From Candidatus Dojkabacteria bacterium (lineage in GTDB: Bacteria > Patescibacteriota > Dojkabacteria > B142 > OLB20): 64,000 nt of DNA. The position numbers and the translations under genes were made by a program. This document shows, in pieces, positions 1-13,265 of the stretch. The stretch spans positions 59,987 through 123,986 of the forward strand of contig DAOMOX010000001.1 in NCBI GenBank assembly GCA_035444565.1. The letters are read 5' to 3'. Each line of letters opens with the position of its first letter. Within the stretch, counting starts at the first letter, position 1. The notes beneath the pieces are model-generated. The model was not told the DNA's origin. It saw only the letters and a program-made list of their open reading frames with translations, and ran no database searches.

Positions 1-14
1 TGCAAGACGGTGCT

Positions 15-788
15 ATGCTAGCAAGATTAAGTGAAGAAGTTGCAATGGTAGTTCCAAGTTCAGTATTTTCGAATCATTTCCATGATGGATATGGGGTAGT
101 AGAAAGAGGTGGATTCCCCTGGAAAGTTATTCCTGCACAAACCAAGCAAGGTTATGAATTAATTCCCCCAAAAGAATATTACAGGATAGATTTCAGACAA
201 ATATCAGAAGTTTATGTACCTGAATATGCATCAGTTCAAGGAGGACAAGTTGGAGTTCGTTTTCAATGGGACATCACAGGAAACAAACCTTCATTAAGGT
301 TGTTTGACATAAGTTGCGCGGGTACCGCAGCAAATAAAACTAGATTTATACGGGCAAAAGACGATCCACAATATTTTAAACCCAGTCAATTTGGAGTTAA
401 CCTACAAAACACAAGTGTATTTAAACCTCTAAAAGCTCCTGCTTTGCTTCCACATCCCCGAATAGTTTACGACTTCAACGAGAGCGATTTACAAACACAA
501 AAGAGTGCAAATCCAGAGGATAAACTTAGTGGAAAGTATTACGTTGGAAGTGGAGGACAGCAAATTATTTTTCCAGGTCCTTCAACAAATAATTCCGTAT
601 CTTCTATGACCTTTAATGTTGAAGTATCAAGTATTGAATATACGATAAATTCAATCTTTGATGATAATACTATAGGTATACATCTCAGGATTCCACTTGT
701 TGTTGAAGATTTTCGTAATCCTCATATTGACATAAGGTCAGTAGATAGGTTCATTGGAAATATTGCATCAATTATCCTTCCAAAGTAA
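15..788 (+). CDS. hypothetical protein (true start may lie upstream of the window)
   Basis: 257-aa ORF, no recognisable motif. Confidence 0.6.
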   Translation: MLARLSEEVAMVVPSSVFSNHFHDGYGVVERGGFPWKVIPAQTKQGYELIPPKEYYRIDFRQISEVYVPEYASVQGGQVGVRFQWDITGNKPSLRLFDISCAGTAANKTRFIRAKDDPQYFKPSQFGVNLQNTSVFKPLKAPALLPHPRIVYDFNESDLQTQKSANPEDKLSGKYYVGSGGQQIIFPGPSTNNSVSSMTFNVEVSSIEYTINSIFDDNTIGIHLRIPLVVEDFRNPHIDIRSVDRFIGNIASIILPK

Positions 789-858
789 CCTAAGAAATAA
801 ATTAAATTGAATCAAGAAAAGAGTATAATATAGTAATCTTATTTTTTACCCCCTATAA

Positions 859-1233
859 ATGAACAAATCCCAAAACGGATATCTCGACAACATTGAGCGA
901 GAAACTGAGGAGAATACCAGTTACAGAAAAGTTCTTTTTACTGGTGAATACTCACAATTAGTTTTGATGTCGCTTAAACCAGGCGAAGAAATCGGAAAAG
1001 AAGTACATGAAGGCCACGATCAATTTTTCAGAATCGAGACTGGTGAAGCCGAAGTTTTAATCGGAGACGAAGTCTTAAAAGCTGGTGCAGATGATGCAAT
1101 TATTATTCCATCAGGAGTGAAGCATAACGTCACCAATATCTCGGAGACTGAAGATTTGAGATTATATACTATATACTCACCTGCAGAGCATGCGGATGGA
1201 CTTGAGCAGGTGGAAAAACCGGAGGAAGATTGA
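859..1233 (+). CDS. cupin domain protein (mannose-6-phosphate isomerase-like)
   Basis: Cupin motifs 'IGKEVHEGHDQFFRIETGEA' and 'IIPSGVKHNVTN'. Confidence 0.9.
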   Translation: MNKSQNGYLDNIERETEENTSYRKVLFTGEYSQLVLMSLKPGEEIGKEVHEGHDQFFRIETGEAEVLIGDEVLKAGADDAIIIPSGVKHNVTNISETEDLRLYTIYSPAEHADGLEQVEKPEED

Positions 1234-1234
1234 G

Positions 1235-1274
1235 GAATTAAGAGATTAAGGGATTAAGGAATTAAGAAATTAAG
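1235..1274. repeat. five tandem 8-bp repeats (RRATTAAG) between convergent genes
   Basis: gaattaag agattaag ggattaag gaattaag aaattaag. Confidence 0.85.
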
Positions 1275-1328
1275 AGATAATTTTATTGGAGTTGGATTAG
1301 ATCTGAAATTGTGAGTTCGGAATGATTG

Positions 1329-3239
1329 CTACTTTCTGAGTTTTACTTTTAACATTCGAAAGTGTTCTCTCTTTAGCTTATTCCCATTTATTACGAAGAA
1401 TCCGACAGACATTAATACTAGCCCTACCAATGGCGACTCAACAAGAGTATTCCCAGTATCTACAAGATCCACATTTATTCCCAACGTCATCTGAGGATAA
1501 GTTATCACTTCCCCTCCCACAGTCGTCGCAGTAATTGTCACTGTATGAAGTCCATCTTCAATGTATGCGAAAGTACACTCGAAATTACCATCAACATCGG
1601 CTGTAGTTTCGCAAATTTTAGGATCTGAGTTTACTACAATTCTTACAAAAGCTAGAGGGTGGGTTATTCCAGTAAATTTGATGTTATTGTTACCTTGGTA
1701 ATAGTATGCAAATACATTTTTGAGGACTTCAATTGCATTTATGTTGGTGATTTTAAGACTCACAGATGTTGAAGGTATGATTGTTGGTATAGAGGTGGGT
1801 GTAATTGTAGGCACTATAGTCGGAGTAGGTAATTGTGAATTTATATCAAACATCATCAACTTTGTTGAATTCTCACTGCCTGTAGGATTGAAAAAGAATT
1901 TATCGTTTATAATTTTATAGTTCCAAATATCAGTATGACCATTTGTGTTTAAGTCGACACCTAAAAATGTACCTTCCGTAGTACCATCACTTACCCATAT
2001 TTCTTGGCCGTGTACTCCATCATCTATCAGAAGGTAAAGTTTTTGGTTAAAGGTTTTCATAAAACTTGCAGGATTTCCCGTCCAAGTCTTTATTAGGGAT
2101 AATCCTGTCTCGGTTCCATCGGTTTTCCATAGTTCGGTAGAATTAGCAATAAAATATAATTCACTATCCAGTGTATTAAATGCATTTGGAGCACTACCTG
2201 TTATAGGGTTAATGTCATGAACTAAAACCGTTCCATCCTGACTCCCGTCCGTTTTCCACAACTCATTACCTTCTAAGAGGGTATTCGCAGTGAAATATAA
2301 TTCGTTCTTGTAATAATAAAAATTATTTGGATCTGAGGTATTAAAGGTATTGATATTTTTCACCATTGTTGTGCCAGATTCGGTTCCATCTGTTCTCCAT
2401 AATTCTTTATCGCCATCAGTATCCTCAGCTGAGAAGTACATAAAGCCATTATATTCTGCTAACTCCAAATAGTAACTTGAATTATAATTCTTGAAATTAC
2501 CCGATTCATTTATATCTTTTAATAATCTTGTTCCTAAGGTAGTACCATCAGAAACCCAAAGCTCATTTCCATGTACACAATCATATGCTGAGAAGTAGAG
2601 TAAATCATTCACCCCAAATTGCATATTTGTGTTATAACCTCCGTTATTCAATTCCAGCGACATCAGTCCAAATGGATCTTGTTTTGAACCATCTGGCCCA
2701 ATATAGATATCTTTCACCAATACGGTTCCTGATGGGGTTCCATCTGTTTTCCAAAGTTCACGCCCATGTGTTCCATCGTCAGCATAAAACATTAGTTCAT
2801 TTCCCGTATTTTGAAAAGCAAAGGGCATTGATGAAGAAATCCCAGGATTAATGTCTTTCACTATGTAAGTGCCTTGTTCCGTTCCATCAGTTCTCCATAA
2901 TTCTTCACCATTAATTGCATCAAAATTACTAAAATAGAGTACGGAATTAAACTCTGTCGCATTTAAGAAAGTTGAATTACTGGGAGAATCCGTAGCGAGT
3001 GTTGTTACCCTTAAAGTTCCATTCGAAGTACCGTCTGATTTCCATAACTCGTAACTTCCTTCTGCCCATCGAACAAAATACAAAGTTTCATTTAACTCGG
3101 AGAAATGTAAAATATATGACTCGTTCGATTCATCTATTTATTTTACAAGTACTGGAATTATCTCGGAAGCTGAAACTTTATTTATAAACGACAAAGAAAG
3201 TATAATGGAGACAAAAAAAACAAAGACTAATTTTTTCAT
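1329..3239 (-). pseudogene. ELWxxDGT-repeat surface protein with PT linker, Ig-like domain and LPxTG-like anchor; in-frame TAA at codon 34
   Basis: Many ELW(K/R)(S/T)DGT repeats; ATG at 3239 gives a signal peptide (MKKLVFVFFVSIILSLSFINKVSA) in frame with the 1329..3083 ORF but separated by TAA at 3138-3140; C-terminal LVDTG, hydrophobic segment and basic tail. Confidence 0.75.
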
Positions 3240-3368
3240 TTTACGATAAGTTGAATTATCATTTATTATCTAACAATTCAAAAAATCTTACAAACTAGTA
3301 AACTACTGATTACGTTATATTCAGAATATATTTCGGAAACAGAAATTATTCCAGAAGTTAACCTTTGG

Positions 3369-6024
<2,656 letters not shown>

Positions 6025-7479
6025 TTAATCTAGATATGATTTAATAATAGTGTTAATTTCTTCGGCTAATTCACCTTCTACTTTTTCTTTACCTGTGTTC
6101 AATCTTTCCCAAACCTTTGGATATTTAGTCTTTAATGTAAGAATAATTTGCTTTTTCCAAGGTCCAATTTCATTCAATGGCATTTCATCAAGGAATCCCT
6201 GACTTGCTGAGTACATAATCACTATCTGCTCAGGAGCTGGTAGTGGATTGTACTGAGCTTGTTTGACTGCTTCGGTGATATGTTCACCTCGAATCAATTG
6301 AGCTTTTGTAGCTTCATCAAGTTCTGAACCTAATTGAGCGAATACTGCCAATTCTCTAAATTGTGCAAGATCAAGTTTAACTTTACCAGCAACACTTTTC
6401 ATCGTTTTTGTTTGAGCAGCACCTCCGACACGAGATACTGAAAGACCTACGTTAAGTGCAGGTTTCTGACCAGCGTTGAATAAATCTTGATCAAGATAAA
6501 TCTGACCGTCTGTAATAGAGATAACGTTTGTAGGAATGTATGCTGACAAGTCGTTTGCTTGAGTTTCAATGATTGGAAGTGTCGTAATCGAGCCTCCACC
6601 AAGAGCATCAGAATACTGCAGTGCTCTCTCTAGTAGTCTTGAGTGAAGATAAAAAACATCTCCAGGATAAGCCTCTCTACCAGAAGGTCTTTTCAATAAT
6701 AACGACATTTGTCTATATGCATTTGCATGCTTGGTAAGATCATCTATAACAACAAGAACATCCTGGCCTTTTTCTGCAAAATATTCTGCAATGGCAGTAC
6801 CTGCGTATGGAGCTAGATATTGTTGTGTTGCTGGATCATTTGCAGATGCTACAACTACTGTTGTGTATTCCATCGCATCTTTTTCTTTCAATTTTCTGAC
6901 AATATTTGCAACATTTGAAGCTTTCTGACCGACTGCTACATAAACACATAGGCAGTTTTTGCCCTTTTGGTTGATAATAGCATCCACTGCGATAGCGGTT
7001 TTACCAGTCTGTCTGTCTCCGATAATTAATTGCCTTTGTCCTCTACCAATTGGAATCAAAGCATCAATAACTAAAATTCCAGTTTCTATAGGTCTTTCGA
7101 CATCTTTTCTCTCGATGACACCAGGAGCTTTCTTCTCCATAGGCATCATTTTCGCATCTTGACCATATTGAATCTCAACACTACTGTCTTGAACTTCTCC
7201 TAAAACATTGATTACTCTTCCGAGAACATTGTCATCGACTTTAATTGAAGGTAATTCCCCAGTTGATTCTACGCTTTGGCCTTGCATTACTTCGTCAAGG
7301 TGATCGATCATAACTCCTTTTACGACATCTTCTTCGAGGTTCAATGCTAAAGCTCTAGCGTATTTATTTTCATCAATTTTGACTCTAATTAACTCACCAG
7401 CACCTACAGACGACAATCCTGATACTGTAACAATACCTTCATCAATCGAGATTACTTTTCCAGTCGTTACATTTGCCAT
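6025..7479 (-). CDS. atpA: F0F1 ATP synthase subunit alpha (N-terminally shortened)
   Basis: GDRQTGKT, GREAYPGDVFYLHSRLLER. Confidence 0.99.
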   Translation of the reverse strand: MANVTTGKVISIDEGIVTVSGLSSVGAGELIRVKIDENKYARALALNLEEDVVKGVMIDHLDEVMQGQSVESTGELPSIKVDDNVLGRVINVLGEVQDSSVEIQYGQDAKMMPMEKKAPGVIERKDVERPIETGILVIDALIPIGRGQRQLIIGDRQTGKTAIAVDAIINQKGKNCLCVYVAVGQKASNVANIVRKLKEKDAMEYTTVVVASANDPATQQYLAPYAGTAIAEYFAEKGQDVLVVIDDLTKHANAYRQMSLLLKRPSGREAYPGDVFYLHSRLLERALQYSDALGGGSITTLPIIETQANDLSAYIPTNVISITDGQIYLDQDLFNAGQKPALNVGLSVSRVGGAAQTKTMKSVAGKVKLDLAQFRELAVFAQLGSELDEATKAQLIRGEHITEAVKQAQYNPLPAPEQIVIMYSASQGFLDEMPLNEIGPWKKQIILTLKTKYPKVWERLNTGKEKVEGELAEEINTIIKSYLD

Positions 7480-7500
7480 TTTTTTGTATGCTAATAATTA

Positions 7501-7863
7501 TTATGCTGATTTTTGTTTTTTGGCGATAAGCTCTTTTACCTCATCCAACATAGTCTTTGACTTTTCTTTTGCTGTTTCTACAATTGATTTTGCCTCTGTA
7601 TTAGCTTGGCTAATAATTTCCTCTGCTTGTAGTTCCGCTTTCTCTATCAATTTTGCTTCTTTCTCCTTTGCTTCCTTTTCTAGCTCTGCTTTGTGCATTT
7701 CGATTTCTGCTTGGAGTTTAAGATTGTCCTCAAGAAGCTTTTTTCGAGCATTGATATTCTTCAAAAGTGGAGGTACGAGAAATTTATTCAACACTACAAA
7801 TAGAACTGCGAACAGTACTAGATATATGATGAAACTTAGTAAATTGAATCCTAGTGCTTGCAT
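7501..7863 (-). CDS. atpF: F0F1 ATP synthase subunit b (short, 120 aa)
   Basis: N-terminal TM, 'PPLLKNINARK', charged coiled coil. Confidence 0.9.
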   Translation of the reverse strand: MQALGFNLLSFIIYLVLFAVLFVVLNKFLVPPLLKNINARKKLLEDNLKLQAEIEMHKAELEKEAKEKEAKLIEKAELQAEEIISQANTEAKSIVETAKEKSKTMLDEVKELIAKKQKSA

Positions 7864-7882
7864 GATAATTTTTGTTTAATAA

Positions 7883-8131
<249 letters not shown>

Positions 8132-8145
8132 TTAAAAAATATTAA

Positions 8146-9081
8146 TTATGAATGATGATGTTCGATTGCCAAATTGATAAAGACAGCCGTTAACATGAAA
8201 AATACTAACGCCTGAATAACCCCCACGAATAATTCGAGTCCGAGGAAAGGCAATGTTGCGACACCGAATGAAATTGCTGTAATAACCACGAGCAGAACCT
8301 CTCCTGCGAAGATGTTTCCAAACAACCTGAAAGAGAAAGATACAATCTTTCCAATTTCTGAAATTAATTCCAGAATACCGACTACAAAGTTAATAGGACC
8401 GTTGAAGTTAATGTATTTGCTCAAGTAAGCGAGTTTATTTGTTTTGAATCCGATAAAGTTTGTGACCAATACTGAGATAAGTGCTAGTGCAATACCTGCG
8501 GAAAGATCCGCAGTTGGAGCTCTAAACATATGTGTGAAGCTACCGGTTGTGATTCCTGAAGTAGTCAAATAGCATTTGCCCTTTAATAGACATCCGAAAG
8601 TTGGTTCTACTTCTTCTTCGACTGTAGCTGTTTCTGATAATACTGCACCTCCATCTGTGTTTTCGATTATTTCTGAATTAGAAGATGCAGTGTATTCGAC
8701 GCTTGTCTCTTCGGTATGTTCTTCTTCACCAACTAGACCAATTGAAGATATTCCAGGCAGAAGTGGGAACCAGTTTGAAACTAAGATGAAAACGAAAAAT
8801 GTGAGTAAAAAGGAGAAATATTTCAATGCGTTTTTCTCTCCCATAATGCTCTCGACCAAACCGAACAGTCCACCTATGAACATTTCTAGAAACAATTCAA
8901 ACTTTGAAGGCTTGAGTGCGTTAAAGTTCTTACTAAATATGACTATCAAGATGATAGTCGGAATCAACACAAATAATGCTGTGTAGAGTGAGTTCGTGAT
9001 TCCTTGGGAAAAAAGATTGAATAAAACTTCTGGTTGAAAACTGATATGTACTTCCACGGTTAAAAATAGCTTAAGGAGCAT
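8146..9081 (-). CDS. atpB: F0F1 ATP synthase subunit a with large acidic loop insertion
   Basis: 'SFSFRLFGNIFAGE', 'IQALVF', 'RAPTAD'. Confidence 0.97.
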   Translation of the reverse strand: MLLKLFLTVEVHISFQPEVLFNLFSQGITNSLYTALFVLIPTIILIVIFSKNFNALKPSKFELFLEMFIGGLFGLVESIMGEKNALKYFSFLLTFFVFILVSNWFPLLPGISSIGLVGEEEHTEETSVEYTASSNSEIIENTDGGAVLSETATVEEEVEPTFGCLLKGKCYLTTSGITTGSFTHMFRAPTADLSAGIALALISVLVTNFIGFKTNKLAYLSKYINFNGPINFVVGILELISEIGKIVSFSFRLFGNIFAGEVLLVVITAISFGVATLPFLGLELFVGVIQALVFFMLTAVFINLAIEHHHS

Positions 9082-9172
9082 AGTAGCACAAAGGGCATCA
9101 AATGGGCAATGGGGTTGGAGAGGAATATTGAGAATTCAGAATTCACACATTAAGCCTGCAATTCTATCCAAA

Positions 9173-9421
9173 TTACTCTAGATTTTGATTTGGGTTCCAT
9201 TCAACTTTTGTTTCTTCCATAACTAGATATGCTGATGCAGCTTTCATTAAAGTTTTTCCCATGAAATCCAACGTACCTACTGTATAGGTATCAATTGGTA
9301 AAGTACTTTCTTCTGATGTAGGTATACCCCCCTTACTGATTGACATGACTGTCGTAGCTTTAAGAGTTTTTACACGTTGACCATCGGGAACTTCATTTAA
9401 ATCATAAATATTACCTTCCAT
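9173..9421 (-). CDS. hypothetical protein
   Basis: 82-aa ORF with ATG and AT-rich leader. Confidence 0.55.
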   Translation of the reverse strand: MEGNIYDLNEVPDGQRVKTLKATTVMSISKGGIPTSEESTLPIDTYTVGTLDFMGKTLMKAASAYLVMEETKVEWNPNQNLE

Positions 9422-9522
9422 GAACTTTTTTCTAATATGTATATAAGGATTATACGCTATACACTAGTATTTACAAACTCAGATTATTCTTAAATATAAG
9501 GATACAATACTCAGGGAATTAA

Positions 9523-10614
9523 CTAATTTGGATTTCTTAACAATCTTTCAGCAATTATCCTAAAAGTATCTCGTAAATTACTTCTTATCTTTTTTGAATT
9601 GTCTACCTCCCTAACTTGTGCCCATATCTGCGATTCTGTAGGAGTGGTAATAACATTTAATTCCATATCGTCAGGTATGACAAAGTCCTTTGGATGAATA
9701 TCATTCTCCATAAAATTACGTGAGTCTCTAAAAACTCCTTTCAAGATTGGCCTCCCCTCATGTAAATCTATAGCAAATACTGTCTCTTCAATTACATCTT
9801 CAGGAAGTACTCTGCCATCTTCTAAAATCCTGCGTCCTTTAGATTCTTGTGGTAGTTTGACCAAACTTCCCAATGGTAGTTCATTTATTAATCCCCAGTA
9901 TTCCTGTTCTTGAAAGGGTTCTACTGGCGCTCCTACTTCCCAACAACTAGCCCATAAATTTGCCTCTTCGGGGATTGTTACTATTCCCACTATCAAATCG
10001 TCTGGGAGTATATAAGTTATTTCAATATTATTAGTACCCGCTCTCATGGTCGTTAGAGTATGACCTCTATTGGACATACCAACTAAGTAATCCTTATCAG
10101 ACTTCTGTAGTGCATGTACTACTTCGTTTGAATCTTCACCCCTAAATAATTGGCTAAATCTTTCCCCAAAAAGTCTCACGACACTTCCTACAGGGACCCA
10201 CTGCATCTGAGTTTTATATTGAGGATTTGATTCAGGAATTATACTTTTATAAGTTAGATTATATATTTCATTAGAGTCATGTGGCCCCATCGTCGCACAT
10301 ACCCCACCACTGGCAACACATTCCTCACATCTTTCACTCAAATCTAAGGGACCAACTATTCTTAATGTAGATCCCGGGCTGGGAGAAAAAGTCTTAGAGG
10401 AGTAATTATCTGGCGAAACAGTCCCATTATGAGAAGGTTTACCAAGTGTTCCGAAAGGACCATTTGAGATGCAATTTACAGTGGTGCAATGACTTACTTC
10501 AATTGGTAATGTTTTTGTGGTGACTACATAAGTAACACCCTCTTGCAGAAGTGAAGAATCTTCAGGAAGTGAAGGGAACAATTGGGATATCTCTACAAGT
10601 TCGGTTTCATCCAT
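9523..10614 (-). CDS. hypothetical protein with internal duplicated module
   Basis: 363-aa ORF; 'VPVGSVVRL...WASCWEV' echoed by 'LPLGSLVKL...WAQVREV'. Confidence 0.75.
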   Translation of the reverse strand: MDETELVEISQLFPSLPEDSSLLQEGVTYVVTTKTLPIEVSHCTTVNCISNGPFGTLGKPSHNGTVSPDNYSSKTFSPSPGSTLRIVGPLDLSERCEECVASGGVCATMGPHDSNEIYNLTYKSIIPESNPQYKTQMQWVPVGSVVRLFGERFSQLFRGEDSNEVVHALQKSDKDYLVGMSNRGHTLTTMRAGTNNIEITYILPDDLIVGIVTIPEEANLWASCWEVGAPVEPFQEQEYWGLINELPLGSLVKLPQESKGRRILEDGRVLPEDVIEETVFAIDLHEGRPILKGVFRDSRNFMENDIHPKDFVIPDDMELNVITTPTESQIWAQVREVDNSKKIRSNLRDTFRIIAERLLRNPN

Positions 10615-10745
10615 AATCTAAATTAGTCAACGCAGATTATACATTTATTTGACTAATTTCGGCAAAATTTTATGCATAAATCCTTATCAATCCATACCTC
10701 AATACTTCCAGATTTAGAATTATTATAATTTATATAAAAACCTTC

Positions 10746-11015
10746 TTAACTTGGACGAACTCCTGGAATTACGTGATGTACGACTCCATATTCATCTTTC
10801 TCAGCAGTGCTAACGGAATCCACAACGTTTCCTCCTGCTTTAATTACATGCACAGTGTGTTCACCAGGCTTTGGAGCACCTAGCATGGATGATATAAATC
10901 CTCCCAGTGCATTCACAACAGCGTACCCAGAACAAGCCACTTTTGTTTCGGGCTCTACAGGTAAAGTATCTGGTAGCATAATGGGAAAATAAAAATTAGA
11001 AATACGTGATAACAC
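10746..11015 (-). CDS. hypothetical protein
   Basis: Short ORF; start uncertain. Confidence 0.45.
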   Translation of the reverse strand: MLSRISNFYFPIMLPDTLPVEPETKVACSGYAVVNALGGFISSMLGAPKPGEHTVHVIKAGGNVVDSVSTAEKDEYGVVHHVIPGVRPS

Positions 11016-11193
11016 ACCGTTAACGTAAAGATTCGTTAGTAATTACAATAATGAAGATGGATTTGAGAGAATAGATAAAGAAAAAATGAATACGGATAGA
11101 AGGGAGATTAATCAGTAGAATTAGAAACCAGTTCTTGGAATTTCTCTCGTAGTCCTATTTCACTTGAACTATGTATTTATAATATGGTTGAAT

Positions 11194-11571
11194 TTAAACT
11201 TCTCGAGCTACGATTACATGAGCCATTGGAGACATAAAGAAGATTCCTTCTTCACTTCCTATCTTAATAAATTTGCCATCGATTGTTTTCCCTAACACCA
11301 TTCCAATACCTGAAACGTAACGCCCCAATCTAACCGATTGAAATGGGTCTCCGTAATTAAAAAGTTGAAAATCTTCCTCACTTATCCCACTAATGTCTGG
11401 ACATAGACACTCGCATCCAGATTCTAGGGAAATTAAAGGAACATAGCCAAAACGACCTGAATCATTTCCCAATTTCTTCATTTCCCCGGGATATTTTTCT
11501 AAAAAAAATAATATCAAATTGTCAGTTGGAGTCTCTCCAAGCATTATTAATATATGATGATATTTAATCAT
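11194..11571 (-). CDS. hypothetical protein
   Basis: 125-aa ORF. Confidence 0.55.
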   Translation of the reverse strand: MIKYHHILIMLGETPTDNLILFFLEKYPGEMKKLGNDSGRFGYVPLISLESGCECLCPDISGISEEDFQLFNYGDPFQSVRLGRYVSGIGMVLGKTIDGKFIKIGSEEGIFFMSPMAHVIVAREV

Positions 11572-11640
11572 TATATCATCACAACATCTTATTTGGGAAG
11601 AATATCTAAAACACAGAATTCGGAATTAATATTTTACGTA

Positions 11641-12045
11641 TTAGGAATCTAATTCCTGTGAAATTTTGTTACTTTTCTTCGTGCTATAAATCAATAACCC
11701 AATCACCACTGAAAAAGTTACCAACTGAGGAAATGACGAAAGTAGTAATTTTGATTCGTCGTTCATCAAAGCGAGTATGGCAAAAATGAGAATATTTGTA
11801 ATAAGCGATAAAAGCGAGAATAATATAAACATATTATTCATTACCCCTCTGATTGCTTGAAATCCGAGAAACATTCCCAACAAGAAAATAACACCAGCAC
11901 TCTGATACCATGATATCGTTGCTATCAATTTAAGTTCAGATTGATCACTCGCAAATTCATTTAGGAAATTCTCTCTACCCCAGATAATATGTACAAATGA
12001 CATTAAAATTAAAATTGCACTGGAAATAAGTAGTGGCTTTTTCAT
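11641..12045 (-). CDS. small integral membrane protein (about 4 TM)
   Basis: Four hydrophobic segments. Confidence 0.75.
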   Translation of the reverse strand: MKKPLLISSAILILMSFVHIIWGRENFLNEFASDQSELKLIATISWYQSAGVIFLLGMFLGFQAIRGVMNNMFILFSLLSLITNILIFAILALMNDESKLLLSSFPQLVTFSVVIGLLIYSTKKSNKISQELDS

Positions 12046-12170
12046 AGTTATATTGATGATGAGTAACTAAGTATATGGGGAAATGATATTTGTATCAAGT
12101 TATTACCATTACGGTCATGAATCGAGAATGTCCATTTCGATTAAACTAGCAATCTAAAACTCAGATTAAT

Positions 12171-12486
12171 TTAACCAAGTCCTGCTACATACTGTAATCC
12201 CTATGTGTGACCATGTTCTTCAAATCTTCGCTCATAAGGATTATTTGATGTAACAATATCCTCAAGAGGGATTTGACTTAAACCATGAATTAAACCTAAT
12301 AAAAAACATTCTTCTAACTCTTTTCTACTTTCATCTTCAAATCTATACCTCCTTGGTCCTATATCTATTTAGGAAGGTTCGTTCTGATATCTGGTATCGA
12401 ACTCTGCTTGGGCTGCTTCACTCCTTAGGATATTATCAATATCCCCATCATTTAACGAAGGTTTGCTGGGATTTAAATCTGGCATA
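12171..12486 (-). pseudogene. possible degraded gene
   Basis: Protein-like fragments (MPDLNPSKPSLNDGD..., ...KVEKELEECFLLGLIHGL...) broken by stops and a frameshift. Confidence 0.3.
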
Positions 12487-12644
12487 AATAAAGGATAAGA
12501 AATATATCGGGATTATACAGCTACATAACCAGATTGTAAAATCACTAGTGGCTTTTCTATTTATCACAGAAAAGATTGCTCGTCATTGTTATACTCCGAT
12601 CTTCAGTTCTTAATTTTGTTCCGAGTAAAGTTTCCCACTAAAAA

Positions 12645-12875
12645 CCTCAGTTTCTAGAACACTTTTTGATATAATCTATTTCGTGATTTGTAGTTGTATC
12701 CCGTACAAATTCACTCACAAGTTCGCTCTTTTACGGGACACTCCCCCGGATTAAATCCGGGGTTGTTACACCTCATTTTGTTTCTTCGTTCCTTGTTCAG
12801 TGATTTAATCCCGGACAATTTTCTTATTTAATCCCTCAGTTTCTAGTTTACAATTTGATATAATCTCTTACGTGA
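12645..12875 (+). promoter_or_regulatory. duplicated extended -10 promoter (TGnTATAAT), two copies 189 bp apart, upstream of the tRNA locus
   Basis: cctcagtttctag...tttgatataatct....cgtga at 12645-12686 and 12834-12875. Confidence 0.7.
12744..12762. repeat. palindrome CCCCGGATT-A-AATCCGGGG
   Basis: 9-bp perfect inverted repeat. Confidence 0.8.
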
Positions 12876-12882
12876 CAAATTT

Positions 12883-12932
12883 GGTGGCAATAGTTCAGTT
12901 GGTTACCTGCCTGCCGGCAGGCAGGGAGCGCC
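12883..12932 (+). repeat. duplicated 5' 30 nt of tRNA-His interrupted by the perfect 20-bp palindrome CCTGCCTGCCGGCAGGCAGG
   Basis: ggtggcaatagttcagttggtta[cctgcctgccggcaggcagg]gagcgcc versus tRNA ggtggcaatagctcagttggttagagcgcc (29/30). Confidence 0.92.
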
Positions 12933-12947
12933 GATTTATTTGATAAA

Positions 12948-13211
12948 ATGTTTTATATATACATAATTCAAAGCAAAAAGGATCATAAGTTGTATACTGG
13001 TTACACCAAAGACATTGATAAGAGAGTGAGTGACCATAATCTAGGTAAAGTGAAATCAACAAAGGCCAGAATACCTTTTGAGTTAGTTTATAAAGAAATA
13101 TTTAGAACCAAGGAAGAGGCAATCGATAGAGAAAAAGAATTAAAAACTGGTCAATGGAGGGAATTGATAAAAGAATTTATCAAAGATGGTGGCAATAGCT
13201 CAGTTGGTTAG
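12948..13211 (+). CDS. GIY-YIG nuclease family protein (UPF0213-like), 3' end overlapping tRNA-His
   Basis: 'FYIYII...LYTGYTKDIDKRVSDHNLG...STK.R.P...E.F....A..RE..LK'. Confidence 0.92.
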   Translation: MFYIYIIQSKKDHKLYTGYTKDIDKRVSDHNLGKVKSTKARIPFELVYKEIFRTKEEAIDREKELKTGQWRELIKEFIKDGGNSSVG

Positions 13212-13265
13212 AGCGCCTCTCTGTGGAAGAGGAGGTCGTGGGTTCGAGTCCCATTTGCCACCCCA
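13188..13265 (+). tRNA. tRNA-His (GUG) with G-1, C73 and encoded CCA
   Basis: Acceptor GTGGCAA/TTGCCAC, D arm, anticodon stem CCTCT/AGAGG with loop CTGTGGA, T loop TTCGAGT. Confidence 0.97.

Noticed and set aside
1235-1274. Short repeats as a possible CRISPR array
   Set aside because: 8-bp tandem units without spacers; no cas genes in the window.
12883-13265. Group I intron or split tRNA
   Set aside because: The downstream tRNA is complete by itself and no intron core is evident.
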